Below, in pieces: positions 31,814-42,278 of a stretch of 64,000 nt of DNA (position 1 is the stretch's first letter; each line of letters begins with the position of its first letter). This DNA comes from a virus. The translations under genes were made by a program, and so were the position numbers. Location: the IMG/VR virus record IMGVR_UViG_3300027797_000020, positions 1-64,000 of that record, one strand, 5' to 3'. Below the pieces are notes generated by a model. That model saw nothing but the letters and a program-made list of their open reading frames with translations, searched no databases and was not told the origin of the DNA.

Positions 31814-32941
31814 TTATATTACATAAATTTGTCTTGGGAACGCCCTAAACTTCATTTGTTTATTTAAGTTTTCAGCGATTAACGCTTCACGTTCCATAAC
31901 CTTTTCAGGTTTTAATCTTGTTAATCTTCCTTCAGCCCCCGTTAATTCCTCAATTAACTTAGTTTTCTCATCTTTACCTTCAGTTGCTAATGATTGATAG
32001 TCCATTGTCAATTCAGAATCAGGTGTTTTTAAATTACCACTATATTTTCCACGAACTTTAGATAACGTCTCTTTACAAGACGCAACAAACCAACGTCTAA
32101 CCCAAACTTGAGCCGGGTTATTTAATTCGGTCCAAGACATTTTGTCAAATGGAACATCTGATGGTAATTTAATTATATCAGGATTATCTTTTAAACATTT
32201 ATCTCTGTCCGCAGGACCCACATCGTAATACCAATACCAAACTTTACCTCTCATTAAACTAGAGTTACCAAAGTCAAATTTACCTCCAGGTGTTTGCATT
32301 AAGTGTAACGCTTTTTTACCTTCAGGTAATGCGGTAATTTTATAAGTTAAATCACCTGTAATGATTCTTCTTTGGATGTTGATTTCCTGCATTCTTAATA
32401 ACATATCGAAAGCCGGCATCATTAAGAAACTCATTCCGGTATTACCCATTTGGGCTAGACCACCACCACCTCCAAGACCACCACCGGCACCTAAAGCACC
32501 AAATGACCAAGGGTCAAACATTGCATTATTTAATTCTGCGGATGAAAACCAAAGAACCTCGTTGATTTCACGATTGGCAGGAATTTCATATATTTGCTGA
32601 TTCTTTTGTAACTCAATATAATCTTTTTTCAATTCCCATTCACCACCGGCTTGTAGACCGACAATTTTAGAATATGCGTAAGAATATCTTGTTTCATAAT
32701 CTAAACTTTTAGATAAGAAAGCCCTACTTAATGATTGGGTATCAAGATTTAAGTTATATAGTGAAGTCCATTGTGACTCGATTAACCAATTTTGGACTTG
32801 TTCAGAATAATCATCAATAGAAAATTCTAACAAAGTATCCATTTGTTCATCATCAAGTTCAACTGAACGTAAAGGAGCACCTAATAGGTGTCGTACCTTT
32901 TTATATAGTTCACTTCTATGTGGTTCCGGAATTATTGACAT
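31814..32941 (-). CDS. Neck/head-tail connector protein (T4 gp13-like)
   Basis: 'LYKKVRHLLGAPLRSVELDDEQMD' N-terminus and 'WVRRWFVASCKE.L..VRGKY' C-terminus. Confidence 0.75.
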   Translation of the reverse strand: MSIIPEPHRSELYKKVRHLLGAPLRSVELDDEQMDTLLEFSIDDYSEQVQNWLIESQWTSLYNLNLDTQSLSRAFLSKSLDYETRYSYAYSKIVGLQAGGEWELKKDYIELQKNQQIYEIPANREINEVLWFSSAELNNAMFDPWSFGALGAGGGLGGGGGLAQMGNTGMSFLMMPAFDMLLRMQEINIQRRIITGDLTYKITALPEGKKALHLMQTPGGKFDFGNSSLMRGKVWYWYYDVGPADRDKCLKDNPDIIKLPSDVPFDKMSWTELNNPAQVWVRRWFVASCKETLSKVRGKYSGNLKTPDSELTMDYQSLATEGKDEKTKLIEELTGAEGRLTRLKPEKVMEREALIAENLNKQMKFRAFPRQIYVI

Positions 32942-32964
32942 AGTTTTGTTTTTCTATATAAATA

Positions 32965-34503
32965 TCAATCTATAGTATAAATTAAATCATTTTCAGGAAA
33001 AACAAACATACCCCCAACTATTTTAGTGTTTTTATTATCGAACACTAAAACCTCTTTATTATTCTTGGCGAATATTAACCAATCAGTTTTATAATTTTTA
33101 ACGTTACCCGACCCTAAAATAATAATTTCATTATTGGACTGTTTAACACCGGTGAAAGGTTTAACTTGTGATGTCTTTATTTCACCATCAACTTTAATCT
33201 CACAGTCAATACCACCAATCATATCTTCTTTACTACCTAACTTACCAATCTTAGTAACATTATCTTTACCAAAAATAGTTTTCAATTTAGTAACCACATA
33301 ATCTTCTCTTTGTTCCCCCCAAGTATTAGTTTGGTTTAACACCGACATTAGATTTTGGAATGTTGAAGATTCAACTGAGAATATTCTTGACTTGTAATAA
33401 TCAATCACTTTGATAAAACGTTTAGTTTCACTAACTTGGTCAAAATTATTTCTACCGATTAAATCAATTTCGGGTTTGTTTAACTTTACTAAAACTCTGT
33501 TTACGTCTTGCATTAAAACACAGAACGTACTGTAGTTGGTATTTAATTTATTAATTACCGACCTACCTTGACCTTCTAAATCATAAACACCCGACATTTC
33601 CCCCGGTCCATACTTATCTTTACCGTAGAAATTATTAGGGAACACATCTTTAAGGATTCGATTGATTGCGTTTTTGTATGTGTTTTTAACTTCAGGATTT
33701 GAATTGAATATCTGACGTATTTTCTCAGTCAATTCACGACTACATCTTTCAGATTTTTGTTCCGTAAGTACAACTTTAATTTGAGTACCCTCAGTTAATT
33801 TAGTCTTAACTTTCATTGAATATAATTTATCAACGAATTCCCAATTAACACATTTCCAAAAGTTAGTTATATATTCATCCCTTTTGTTACGGTACTTCAA
33901 ATAGTAAGCGTGTTCCCACAAATCCAAACCTAATAATGGATAACCACCATTTTTAACCACATTCATTAATGGGTTATCTTGATTGGGGGTTGATACGATT
34001 TTTAAACGATTTTGTTTAGTTAAAACTAACCAAACCCAACCTGAACCAAATCTTTGTTTCGCTACTTCCTCAAATTTAACTTTAAACTCATTGAATGATT
34101 CGAATTGTTTAACAATTTTGTTAAAAACTCTACCATTTGGTTTTTGTGTTTTGGGTGTTAACATTTTCCAAAACAATGCGTGATTAAAAGCACCACCGGC
34201 ATTGTTTCGGATTGTTTTATTGTATTGACCAATACTCTTGATGATTTGTTCTAACTCTAAATCACCATAATTACCTTTCTCTAACGCGACATTTAATTTC
34301 TCGACATAACCCTTATAATGTTTGTTATAATGGTATGACATTGTTTCTTCGTCAATAAATTGTTTCAAGGCTGAGTAAGCGTAGGGTAACTTTTCAATCC
34401 CTATCTTTTTCATTTCCGTAAGGAAAAGTTCTTTGTTTTTTTCTTTATCAATTGTTTCTAACTTTTCAGTTATAACTTTGATACGTTCTTCAATTACTTT
34501 CAT
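32965..34503 (-). CDS. sodA: Mn/Fe superoxide dismutase fused to a C-terminal PD-(D/E)xK-like domain
   Basis: 'LPYAYSAL', 'HYNKH', 'NNAGGAFNH', 'FGSGW', 'NQDNPL', 'DLWEHAYY'. C-terminal 'E...GIDC...SQVKP'. The ATG at 34503 is preferred over the TTG at 34524, which overlaps the TATTTAT motif. Confidence 0.85.
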   Translation of the reverse strand: MKVIEERIKVITEKLETIDKEKNKELFLTEMKKIGIEKLPYAYSALKQFIDEETMSYHYNKHYKGYVEKLNVALEKGNYGDLELEQIIKSIGQYNKTIRNNAGGAFNHALFWKMLTPKTQKPNGRVFNKIVKQFESFNEFKVKFEEVAKQRFGSGWVWLVLTKQNRLKIVSTPNQDNPLMNVVKNGGYPLLGLDLWEHAYYLKYRNKRDEYITNFWKCVNWEFVDKLYSMKVKTKLTEGTQIKVVLTEQKSERCSRELTEKIRQIFNSNPEVKNTYKNAINRILKDVFPNNFYGKDKYGPGEMSGVYDLEGQGRSVINKLNTNYSTFCVLMQDVNRVLVKLNKPEIDLIGRNNFDQVSETKRFIKVIDYYKSRIFSVESSTFQNLMSVLNQTNTWGEQREDYVVTKLKTIFGKDNVTKIGKLGSKEDMIGGIDCEIKVDGEIKTSQVKPFTGVKQSNNEIIILGSGNVKNYKTDWLIFAKNNKEVLVFDNKNTKIVGGMFVFPENDLIYTID

Positions 34504-34545
34504 TTTGCTTATTATTATATCCAATAAATAAGCGGAAGTTTTGAT

Positions 34546-36303
34546 TTATCTCCTTTGGTTGATTTGATTCATCATTTGTTCAACAAAGTCACCTTTATCT
34601 AAATTGTCTCCCATCACTGTTTCAAACACATTTTTTTTGTAATTTAACATATCGTAAATTATACCTTCAATTGTGTTTTCAAATATCGGATAGTAAACTG
34701 ATACCGTATTTTTTTGACCGTATCGGTAAGCCCTATCTTCAGCTTGTGAGTGGTCAGAAGGGACAAATGATAAGTCATTCATAATACAAGCCTCGCCAGC
34801 GGTGAGAGTAATACCAACACCCGCAGCTTTTAAGTTTCCAACAAAAACTTTAATTTTGTCATTTTCCTGAAATTGGTCAACTGCGTATTGTCTTTGTGGT
34901 TTGGTACAAGACCCATCCAAATAAACAGATTGTTTTCCAAAATGTTCGTGAATTTTTTTTAACGTATCTGTAAAGTTTGTGAATATTATTACTTTTTTAT
35001 CTTGGTCAATAATATTTTGGGCTAATTCTATTGTTTGTTTTATTTTTTCTTCCGCAATTATTTGTCTTACTTTCATTAACTTACTAAATTGTACAGTTAA
35101 TGATTTAGACTCGTCTTTTTTATTTTCATACCAATCGTAGTATTCACCCACTTCAGTTTCGTAATCTTTAGATTTTAATCTAAGATAAACAGGTGTGATA
35201 ATTTTGTCAGGTAAATCTAACACTTCGGTTTTTAGTCGTCTTAATACTTGTCTTGAGGTCCTATCTCTAAGTTCCTCTAAATTGGATGCTCCTGACACGT
35301 TCCATATCTTTCTTTTACCGGCAGTGAACTGATAACCTTGACAATACCTAATCGCGTAAGCCATCCAATTTTGTGCAACAGGACTCTCAATCAAACTCAA
35401 TAAGTTAAAATAATTCATAGGTCGTGATGTCATCGGAGTACCCGTTAACAACCATAATTTATCAACTTTAGTTGAGAAACTATTAATTAGTTTTGTTCTT
35501 TGAGCTTGAGCGTTTTGTATATAGTGAGCCTCATCAATGATGATTAAATCAAAATTACCTTTGGTAATGATTGAATTTTCTTTATCTTTGAGGTCGTAAA
35601 AGTTCTTTAATATGTCGTAATTTACAATAACAAAATCGTGTTCGGTTGAGAAGTGTTTTCCTTCAGAAATATAAATTGGTCTATCTGAATAATTCTCAAT
35701 CTCACGTTGCCAGTTAATCTTTAAGGTTGCGGGACAAATGATTAATATTTTTTTAGCCCCTGTTTCTAATGCCGCTATAATAGTTGAGGTCGTTTTTCCA
35801 AGACCCATATCATCCGCTAATATAAATCTTTTTGACCCCGCTAATGATTCGATAGCAATCTTTTGATGTTCCAATGGTGGTCGGTGAGAATATTTAGAAT
35901 AATCGACAACCACATTTTCCACTTTATGGGTTTTTAACATCGCACCTTTCGGCATCCAAAAATCGTGGATAGTTTCGTCCTCTTTAATTTTACCCCAAAT
36001 ATGATATGATTTTTCTTTCTCCACTAAAAGTTTTTCAACCCAAACTTGTTTAGGTATTTCAGTGTATAAATTTTGGTCCGCAATTTTTTTAGCAAAATAC
36101 GGGTCTAACTCAACCCACTTTTTCGCAACTTTAGGTTGTGTGTCCGAATAATTAATAATATACTCCGATTGTGGTCTTGTTGGGTAAAACTTTTTGTTAG
36201 ATTCTTTTTGTAATTTTAATTTTAAAATATAGTTATTACCCCCTGAATAATTTTCAAGAATATGTATTGCCTGTTGTTCTATTGATGTTTTTTTGTTTTC
36301 CAA
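34546..36303 (-). CDS. SNF2-family helicase (SMARCAL1/HARP-like)
   Basis: 'LADDMGLGKT', 'DEAH', 'LTGTP', 'AGVGITLT', 'QAEDRAYRYGQ'; TTG start. Confidence 0.9.
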   Translation of the reverse strand: MENKKTSIEQQAIHILENYSGGNNYILKLKLQKESNKKFYPTRPQSEYIINYSDTQPKVAKKWVELDPYFAKKIADQNLYTEIPKQVWVEKLLVEKEKSYHIWGKIKEDETIHDFWMPKGAMLKTHKVENVVVDYSKYSHRPPLEHQKIAIESLAGSKRFILADDMGLGKTTSTIIAALETGAKKILIICPATLKINWQREIENYSDRPIYISEGKHFSTEHDFVIVNYDILKNFYDLKDKENSIITKGNFDLIIIDEAHYIQNAQAQRTKLINSFSTKVDKLWLLTGTPMTSRPMNYFNLLSLIESPVAQNWMAYAIRYCQGYQFTAGKRKIWNVSGASNLEELRDRTSRQVLRRLKTEVLDLPDKIITPVYLRLKSKDYETEVGEYYDWYENKKDESKSLTVQFSKLMKVRQIIAEEKIKQTIELAQNIIDQDKKVIIFTNFTDTLKKIHEHFGKQSVYLDGSCTKPQRQYAVDQFQENDKIKVFVGNLKAAGVGITLTAGEACIMNDLSFVPSDHSQAEDRAYRYGQKNTVSVYYPIFENTIEGIIYDMLNYKKNVFETVMGDNLDKGDFVEQMMNQINQRR

Positions 36304-36350
36304 AACTATTTGTTTATATAAAAATAATAAATATTAAGATATTTATCAAT

Positions 36351-36866
36351 ATGTCTAACAATAATGTTCCAATAACACGTTTGGGTAAATTTTTCGGAGG
36401 TGAAGATTTTAACCTAGATTTAAATATGGGTGAAGAGTGGCTTCACGGTGATATGAATTTCACGTTAGTTTTGTATCGTGTAGATAGAATCAAAACTAAG
36501 ACGGATGACGTATATGGTGAATCAGTGTCTGATGGTATTAAGTTTTTACCACCTGTTGAATTTAAAGGTTATGTCCAAATATTGGCTCCTGAGAATAAAA
36601 CTATTGGAACGTCTAAAATAGACCAATTTGAACCAGGTAATCTTAAAGTTGGGGTTTATCAACATCATTTAGATGATTTGGGTATAGATATCACTTACGG
36701 GGATTACATTGGTTATTATGAAACTGAAACAAAGGTGAGATACTACACAGTTAATAATGATGGTAGGGTTGTATCTGACAATAAACATAATTACGCAGGA
36801 ACAAGACCTTACTATAGAAGTATTGGTGCGTCACCTGTTACCGATAACGAATTTAGAGGATTATGA
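36351..36866 (+). CDS. Head closure/neck protein (T4 gp14-like)
   Basis: 'VLYRVD...DDVYGE...FLPPVE...GDYI' pattern and position; ATG at 36351 chosen rather than 36267. Confidence 0.65.
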   Translation: MSNNNVPITRLGKFFGGEDFNLDLNMGEEWLHGDMNFTLVLYRVDRIKTKTDDVYGESVSDGIKFLPPVEFKGYVQILAPENKTIGTSKIDQFEPGNLKVGVYQHHLDDLGIDITYGDYIGYYETETKVRYYTVNNDGRVVSDNKHNYAGTRPYYRSIGASPVTDNEFRGL

Positions 36867-37030
36867 GAATTGTTATAACTGAACGTCAATTTAAACTGAT
36901 AGAAAGTATTATTGAGAATGAAATCTTTTGTGATAAATGTAATTGGAATTGGGATTGGTCTGTAGAAGAAGGCAAACCTGACCAATACATATGTCATAAA
37001 TGTGGTCACGATAACACACCTAAAAAATAA
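36863..37030 (+). CDS. 55-aa zinc-ribbon protein (not in ORF track)
   Basis: MRIVITERQFKLIESIIENEIFCDKCNWNWDWSVEEGKPDQYICHKCGHDNTPKK; two CxxC pairs; ATGA overlap with the upstream stop. Confidence 0.75.
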   Translation: MRIVITERQFKLIESIIENEIFCDKCNWNWDWSVEEGKPDQYICHKCGHDNTPKK

Positions 37031-37034
37031 TAAA

Positions 37035-38078
37035 ATGGGATTACCAAAGAAAAGTAATATTAAAAAACATATTCCATTGACGGAATCTAAAACACTTTTA
37101 CCGAGAAGATATGAGTTATTAGATAAAATCAACAAAGATGGAACATACCTACCAAAGTCGTTATTACACGCCGATTTGGATGGGGGGTTTTTGAATTTTG
37201 TTAAGACTGACTTACAGACTATTGTCGATGGTAAAAAAATCCCAATGATTGATATTCTAATAACAACACAAAATTGGTCCCAATTTATTGAGACTTGGAA
37301 TTTCCAAAATTTAGATAAAAATGCCGAACCCCCTTTTATAACTGTTGTTAGAATTCCTGAAGTAAAATACGGTACGAATCCTGCAGTTGTTTATAACATC
37401 CCAAATAGACGACAATATTTTTATTCACAAGTTCCAACTTGGGACGGACAAAGAAATGGTATGGACATTTATAAAATACCACAACCTGTTCCTGTTGACA
37501 TTACTTACCAAGTTAAAATTGTTTGTAATCGAATGAGAGAATTAAATAAATTCAATCAAATTGTATTAGAAAAGTTCGCATCCAAACAAGCCTACACTAA
37601 TATTAAAGGACATTATATTCCGATTGTACAAGGTAACATTTCTGATGAATCAGTTAATGAATTAGAAAAAAGAAAATATTACATTCAAACTTATGAGTTT
37701 ACAATGTTAGGGTTTTTAATTGATGAAGATGAATTTGAAGTTTCACCGGCAATAAATAGAGCGTTAATCGCATATGAAGTTGACACTCAGTTATCAAGAA
37801 AACAACAAAAAAATAATTCAAATCCAAGTAGTACTATTTCATCAATATTATTTGTTGCAGGAAACGACACTATTACTCAATTATTTGATTATACGGTTAA
37901 TATTAATTTAGGTGAAACCATTAATGTTGAAACGTTTGACGCATACATTAATAACCAATATATTGGTAGTGATGTTAGTGAAATCCAAATTAACACTAAG
38001 GACGTGTTAATGATTATTGTAACTAAAAAAGACAACACATTAGATGCGACAATCTCATTGAACAACGAGTTACTTTAA
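37035..38078 (+). CDS. Tail terminator/sheath stabiliser (T4 gp15-like)
   Basis: 'PQPVPVDITYQVKIVC..MRELNKF' motif; lies just before the sheath gene; ATG at 37035. Confidence 0.65.
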   Translation: MGLPKKSNIKKHIPLTESKTLLPRRYELLDKINKDGTYLPKSLLHADLDGGFLNFVKTDLQTIVDGKKIPMIDILITTQNWSQFIETWNFQNLDKNAEPPFITVVRIPEVKYGTNPAVVYNIPNRRQYFYSQVPTWDGQRNGMDIYKIPQPVPVDITYQVKIVCNRMRELNKFNQIVLEKFASKQAYTNIKGHYIPIVQGNISDESVNELEKRKYYIQTYEFTMLGFLIDEDEFEVSPAINRALIAYEVDTQLSRKQQKNNSNPSSTISSILFVAGNDTITQLFDYTVNINLGETINVETFDAYINNQYIGSDVSEIQINTKDVLMIIVTKKDNTLDATISLNNELL

Positions 38079-38239
38079 TCTTCACCGTAAATATCCTTCT
38101 TATCCTTACATTTTTCAATAATTAACTTTTCCAAAAAACGGTATATTTTTATACCTCTTTTGTCACAGTAATTTTTCAAAACCTCGTGAACTTCTTCAGA
38201 TATTTTTAAATTTTTAATCTTTTTATTATCATCAGCCAT
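38075..38239 (-). CDS. 54-aa ribbon-helix-helix DNA-binding protein (not in ORF track)
   Basis: MADDNKKIKNLKISEEVHEVLKNYCDKRGIKIYRFLEKLIIEKCKDKKDIYGED; alternating beta strand 'KNLKI', helix, 'G', helix; TATTTAT at 38275-38281(-). Confidence 0.7.
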   Translation of the reverse strand: MADDNKKIKNLKISEEVHEVLKNYCDKRGIKIYRFLEKLIIEKCKDKKDIYGED

Positions 38240-38361
38240 AGTAGAAAAAAGGTAGAAAATAATCTACCTAAAATATAAATACCTCGTAGAAAGTAAAGTA
38301 TTTTGGTTTTTTTCGGAATATTTATCAAATAAATAAATCTTTTAAGAAAAACAAAAAAATA

Positions 38362-41300
38362 ATGGCAACATCTACAAACAGTAAAGTATTTGTTTCACCG
38401 GGGGTTTACACTTCAGAAGTTGATTTGAGTTTCGTAGCACAAAGTGTGGGGGTAACTACACTAGGTATCGTTGGGGAGACGTTAAAAGGTCCCGCGTTCG
38501 AACCTATATTTATCCGTAACTTTGACGAATTCTCAACATTCTTTGGGGGTACATCACCTGAGAAATTCATAAATACTCAAATCCCTAAATACGAAGCGTC
38601 TTACATCGCTAAATCTTATTTACAACAATCTAACCAATTGTTTGTTACAAGAATTTTAGGTCTTTCGGGTTATGATGCGGGTCCGGCTTGGTCAATTACA
38701 ACTAAAGCAAACGTTGACCCATCAACAATTCAGTTTTCTTGTTTAAGTGCGGTGACGGCTAATTGTGTGTCCGAATGTGTTACATATGCGGAATATGATT
38801 TTGAAATCCCATTTACAGGTTGTACAAATGGTACATCAAGTATCGCATTTGACACTACAGGAGTACCACAAGAATTAATAAATAGATTATTATTACCATA
38901 TGAGAATTTTGACGGTAGTCTTTCAAGTCTTGATACTGACCTAAGAAGTCAAGTTTTTGACATTATGGTGACACCATCAAAAGAAGACACATCAATTTAT
39001 TATTACGGTGCAGTTCCTGGTGTATACTATAGTGGTAACACTGATTTAGGTTACACTGCAAGAACTAACGTATTTGAAGTTGATAATATGAACGCTGAAA
39101 ATATCAATTATTTAGCTCCGGCTAATGACGCTTGGTATTACGCAATGTTTGATAATATTGACGGTGGTGTTTATACAGGTTCATCATTCTACACGTATAT
39201 GACAGGATTGACACAAACGTCAAATATGTCAAATTGTGCATCATTCTACAATTATTCAGTTAACGGTAACGTTTTAACATTAGATAATTTAGTTGACGAC
39301 AATACATTACCATCAGGTACTACGACAGGAGTTGCAACAACAACAACAGGTAATGGTGTTGGTTTAACTTTAGATATAACTGTAGATTCAAGTAATGAAG
39401 TTCAAAACGTTGATATTAATCTAGCGGGTACAGGTTATCAAGTTGGTGATATTATCAATATTAGTGGAAATACGGGAACGACATTAACAATTGCGTCTAT
39501 AGGTTCTACTCACGGTAGTATTAACTATAACACTAACACAATTTACGCTTACGTACCTAGTAACGTTGATGTATCTCAAATTGTTTCAACATTTAGTGCG
39601 TGTACTAGTGATGTTACAATTAGTTCTGTATCTCAAGTTAGTGAAGAAACAGTAAATGATTTTACAACTTGTTTAGTTTATACTTTAGTATCTGAAGATA
39701 GTTCAGTAACTACAAATTGGACAGTATGTGTTAGTAACGATAACGCTTGTGACCCGTCAACTACAGGTAACACAGGTACTATGAATGTAGGTTCAAGTAC
39801 GGCTTGTTATAGTGGTTCAGTTGTTGGTACATTCTTAGTATTAACAGGTCAATCTTATTTAGATTATGATGATTTAGTAATTGCAACTTTACGTTCAAGA
39901 GGTTTATCAGATTTCTCAAGTGATAATGGTCCTGTTTATGAAGTGTCAGGTTTAACACAAGTAAGTTTAAATACGTCAGGTATTTATTCGGGTGTTACTA
40001 AAAACCCATATTCTACATTCGCAATTAACGCAACAGGTAGAACAGGAACTAATTACTCGTTTGAAACATCATTCTCAAATTCAGATTCTAAATACATTAG
40101 TAAAGTTTTAGGTTCAACTAACTTCTCAAAAGATAGAACAGAAGTTCCGTTATTTGTTGAAGAAAAATACCAATCTTTATTAAATTATGCTTGGAGAAAA
40201 GGATACATTAGAGGTTTAAGTACACAATTAATGTCATACCCTGACGCTAGACAAGGTGCTGACCCAACATCATTAGGTTTCTATTTAGAGAAATATCAAT
40301 CACCAACATCACCTTGGGTTGTTTCTGAATTAAGAGGTAACAAAGTATACCACTTATTTAAATTCACAACAATCGCTGATGGTGACGCAGCTAACACTGA
40401 GGTGAAAATTTCTATCGCAAACATTTCATTCGGAAATGGTACATTTGACGTATTAGTTAGAGATTATTTCGATTCTGATTCGGCTCCTGTAGTTATTGAG
40501 AAATTCACTAACTGTTCTATGGACCCAAATCAAAATAACTTTATCGCGAAAAAAATCGGTAGTGTTGACGGTGAGTTTGAATTAAACTCAAAATATGTTA
40601 TGGTTGAGATTAATGAAAACGCACCAACAGACGCATTACCTTGTGGTTTCGAAGGTTATGACACAAGAACTTATTTAGGTGTACGTTCTCCATTCCCAAT
40701 TTTCAAAACTAAATATGACTATCCAGGTGAAGTTATTTATAACCCACCTTTCGGATTATCTTCAGGTGCGGATGACGCAATTAGAAGTAACGGTGATAAT
40801 GTTCGTAGAACTTATTTAGGAATTTCTGACACTGTTGGTTATGACGTTGATTTCGTAGGATATAAAGGTAAACAATTACCATTAAATGTTTGTACACAAA
40901 CTACGGGAGCGTTATGGGATACTAAAACTAAAGGTTTCCATATGGATAACAGAGCATCTGCTATCACAGTTAATAACACTTTCTACGAAAAAGTATTTAA
41001 TGTTGACGAAAATAAATATAGATTATCTGCAATCACAAGTGCAACAACTGCATTCTATGTAGGTTCTGATAACTTTAGTTCTGACCCTTCAAACGAATCT
41101 AACCCATACTACAGACTTTACGCACGTAAATTCTCATTTGTAGTACAAGGAGGTTTTGACGGATGGGATGTTTATAGAGAGTCAAGAACAAATACTGATA
41201 GATTCGTATTAGGTAGACCTGGTTATTTGAAAGGGGCTTGTCCTTCAGTTAAATACCCTACGGCTACAGGATGGGGAGCGTTCAAACAAATCACTGTTGG

Positions 41301-42213
41301 TGATAATACTCAAGATTGGGGGAATACTGACTACTACGCTTATTTATTAGGTCAAAGAAGTTTCTCTAACCCTGAAGCGGTAAACATTAACGTATTCGCA
41401 ACACCGGGTATTGATTATGTTAACCATTCAGATATCGTTGAGAGTGCTATTGATATGATTGAAAACGATAGAGCGGATTCAGTTTATATCTGTACAACAC
41501 CTGACTTCCAAATGTTCACACCAACTATGGATATGGCTGATTTAATTTATCCTCAAGAGGCGGTAGATAACTTGGAAACAACAGGAATAGATTCTAACTA
41601 CACTGCAACTTATTACCCTTGGGTATTGACAAGAGATAGTGTTAATAATACACAAATCTATTTACCACCAACTGCTGAGGTGACGAGAAACTTGGCATTA
41701 ACCGATAACATCGCTTTCCCTTGGTTCGCGGCTGCAGGTTACACAAGAGGTATTGTAAACGCTATTAAAGCACGTAAAAAATTAACTCAAGAAGATAGAG
41801 ACGTTCTATACAAAGGTAGAATTAACCCTATTGCAACTTTCTCAGATGTGGGAACAGTTATTTGGGGTAATAAAACTCTTCAAATTAGAGAGTCAGCTTT
41901 AGATAGAATTAACGTAAGAAGATTGTTATTACAAGCTCGTAAATTGATTTCAGCGGTTTCAGTGAGATTGTTGTTCGAACAAAACGACCAAAAAGTAAGA
42001 CAAGATTTCTTAGATGCGGTTAACCCAATCTTAGACTCAATCAGAAGAGATAGAGGTTTATACGATTTCCGTGTAACAGTTTCTTCAGATACTGCAGACT
42101 TAGATAGAAACCAAATGACAGGTAAGATTTACATCAAACCAACTAAATCGTTAGAATTTATAGATATCACATTCTATATCACTCCAACAGGAGCATCTTT
42201 CGAGAATATCTAA
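38362..42213 (+). CDS. Contractile tail sheath protein (gp18-like) with large insertions
   Basis: 'FVSPGVYTSEVD', 'PWFAAAGYTRG', 'RINPI', 'WGNKTL', 'DRINVRRLL', 'IKPTKSLEFI'. Confidence 0.95.
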   Translation: MATSTNSKVFVSPGVYTSEVDLSFVAQSVGVTTLGIVGETLKGPAFEPIFIRNFDEFSTFFGGTSPEKFINTQIPKYEASYIAKSYLQQSNQLFVTRILGLSGYDAGPAWSITTKANVDPSTIQFSCLSAVTANCVSECVTYAEYDFEIPFTGCTNGTSSIAFDTTGVPQELINRLLLPYENFDGSLSSLDTDLRSQVFDIMVTPSKEDTSIYYYGAVPGVYYSGNTDLGYTARTNVFEVDNMNAENINYLAPANDAWYYAMFDNIDGGVYTGSSFYTYMTGLTQTSNMSNCASFYNYSVNGNVLTLDNLVDDNTLPSGTTTGVATTTTGNGVGLTLDITVDSSNEVQNVDINLAGTGYQVGDIINISGNTGTTLTIASIGSTHGSINYNTNTIYAYVPSNVDVSQIVSTFSACTSDVTISSVSQVSEETVNDFTTCLVYTLVSEDSSVTTNWTVCVSNDNACDPSTTGNTGTMNVGSSTACYSGSVVGTFLVLTGQSYLDYDDLVIATLRSRGLSDFSSDNGPVYEVSGLTQVSLNTSGIYSGVTKNPYSTFAINATGRTGTNYSFETSFSNSDSKYISKVLGSTNFSKDRTEVPLFVEEKYQSLLNYAWRKGYIRGLSTQLMSYPDARQGADPTSLGFYLEKYQSPTSPWVVSELRGNKVYHLFKFTTIADGDAANTEVKISIANISFGNGTFDVLVRDYFDSDSAPVVIEKFTNCSMDPNQNNFIAKKIGSVDGEFELNSKYVMVEINENAPTDALPCGFEGYDTRTYLGVRSPFPIFKTKYDYPGEVIYNPPFGLSSGADDAIRSNGDNVRRTYLGISDTVGYDVDFVGYKGKQLPLNVCTQTTGALWDTKTKGFHMDNRASAITVNNTFYEKVFNVDENKYRLSAITSATTAFYVGSDNFSSDPSNESNPYYRLYARKFSFVVQGGFDGWDVYRESRTNTDRFVLGRPGYLKGACPSVKYPTATGWGAFKQITVGDNTQDWGNTDYYAYLLGQRSFSNPEAVNINVFATPGIDYVNHSDIVESAIDMIENDRADSVYICTTPDFQMFTPTMDMADLIYPQEAVDNLETTGIDSNYTATYYPWVLTRDSVNNTQIYLPPTAEVTRNLALTDNIAFPWFAAAGYTRGIVNAIKARKKLTQEDRDVLYKGRINPIATFSDVGTVIWGNKTLQIRESALDRINVRRLLLQARKLISAVSVRLLFEQNDQKVRQDFLDAVNPILDSIRRDRGLYDFRVTVSSDTADLDRNQMTGKIYIKPTKSLEFIDITFYITPTGASFENI

Positions 42214-42222
42214 AACAAAAAC

Positions 42223-42259
42223 AAAACAAGTCGGTATTTATAATATCGGCTTGTTTTTT
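42223..42259 (+). terminator. Intrinsic terminator after the sheath gene, containing TATTTAT
   Basis: AAAACAAGTCGGTAT-ttata-ATATCGGCTTGTTTTTT. Confidence 0.7.
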
Positions 42260-42278
42260 AGCCTTTTAAAAATAAAAT

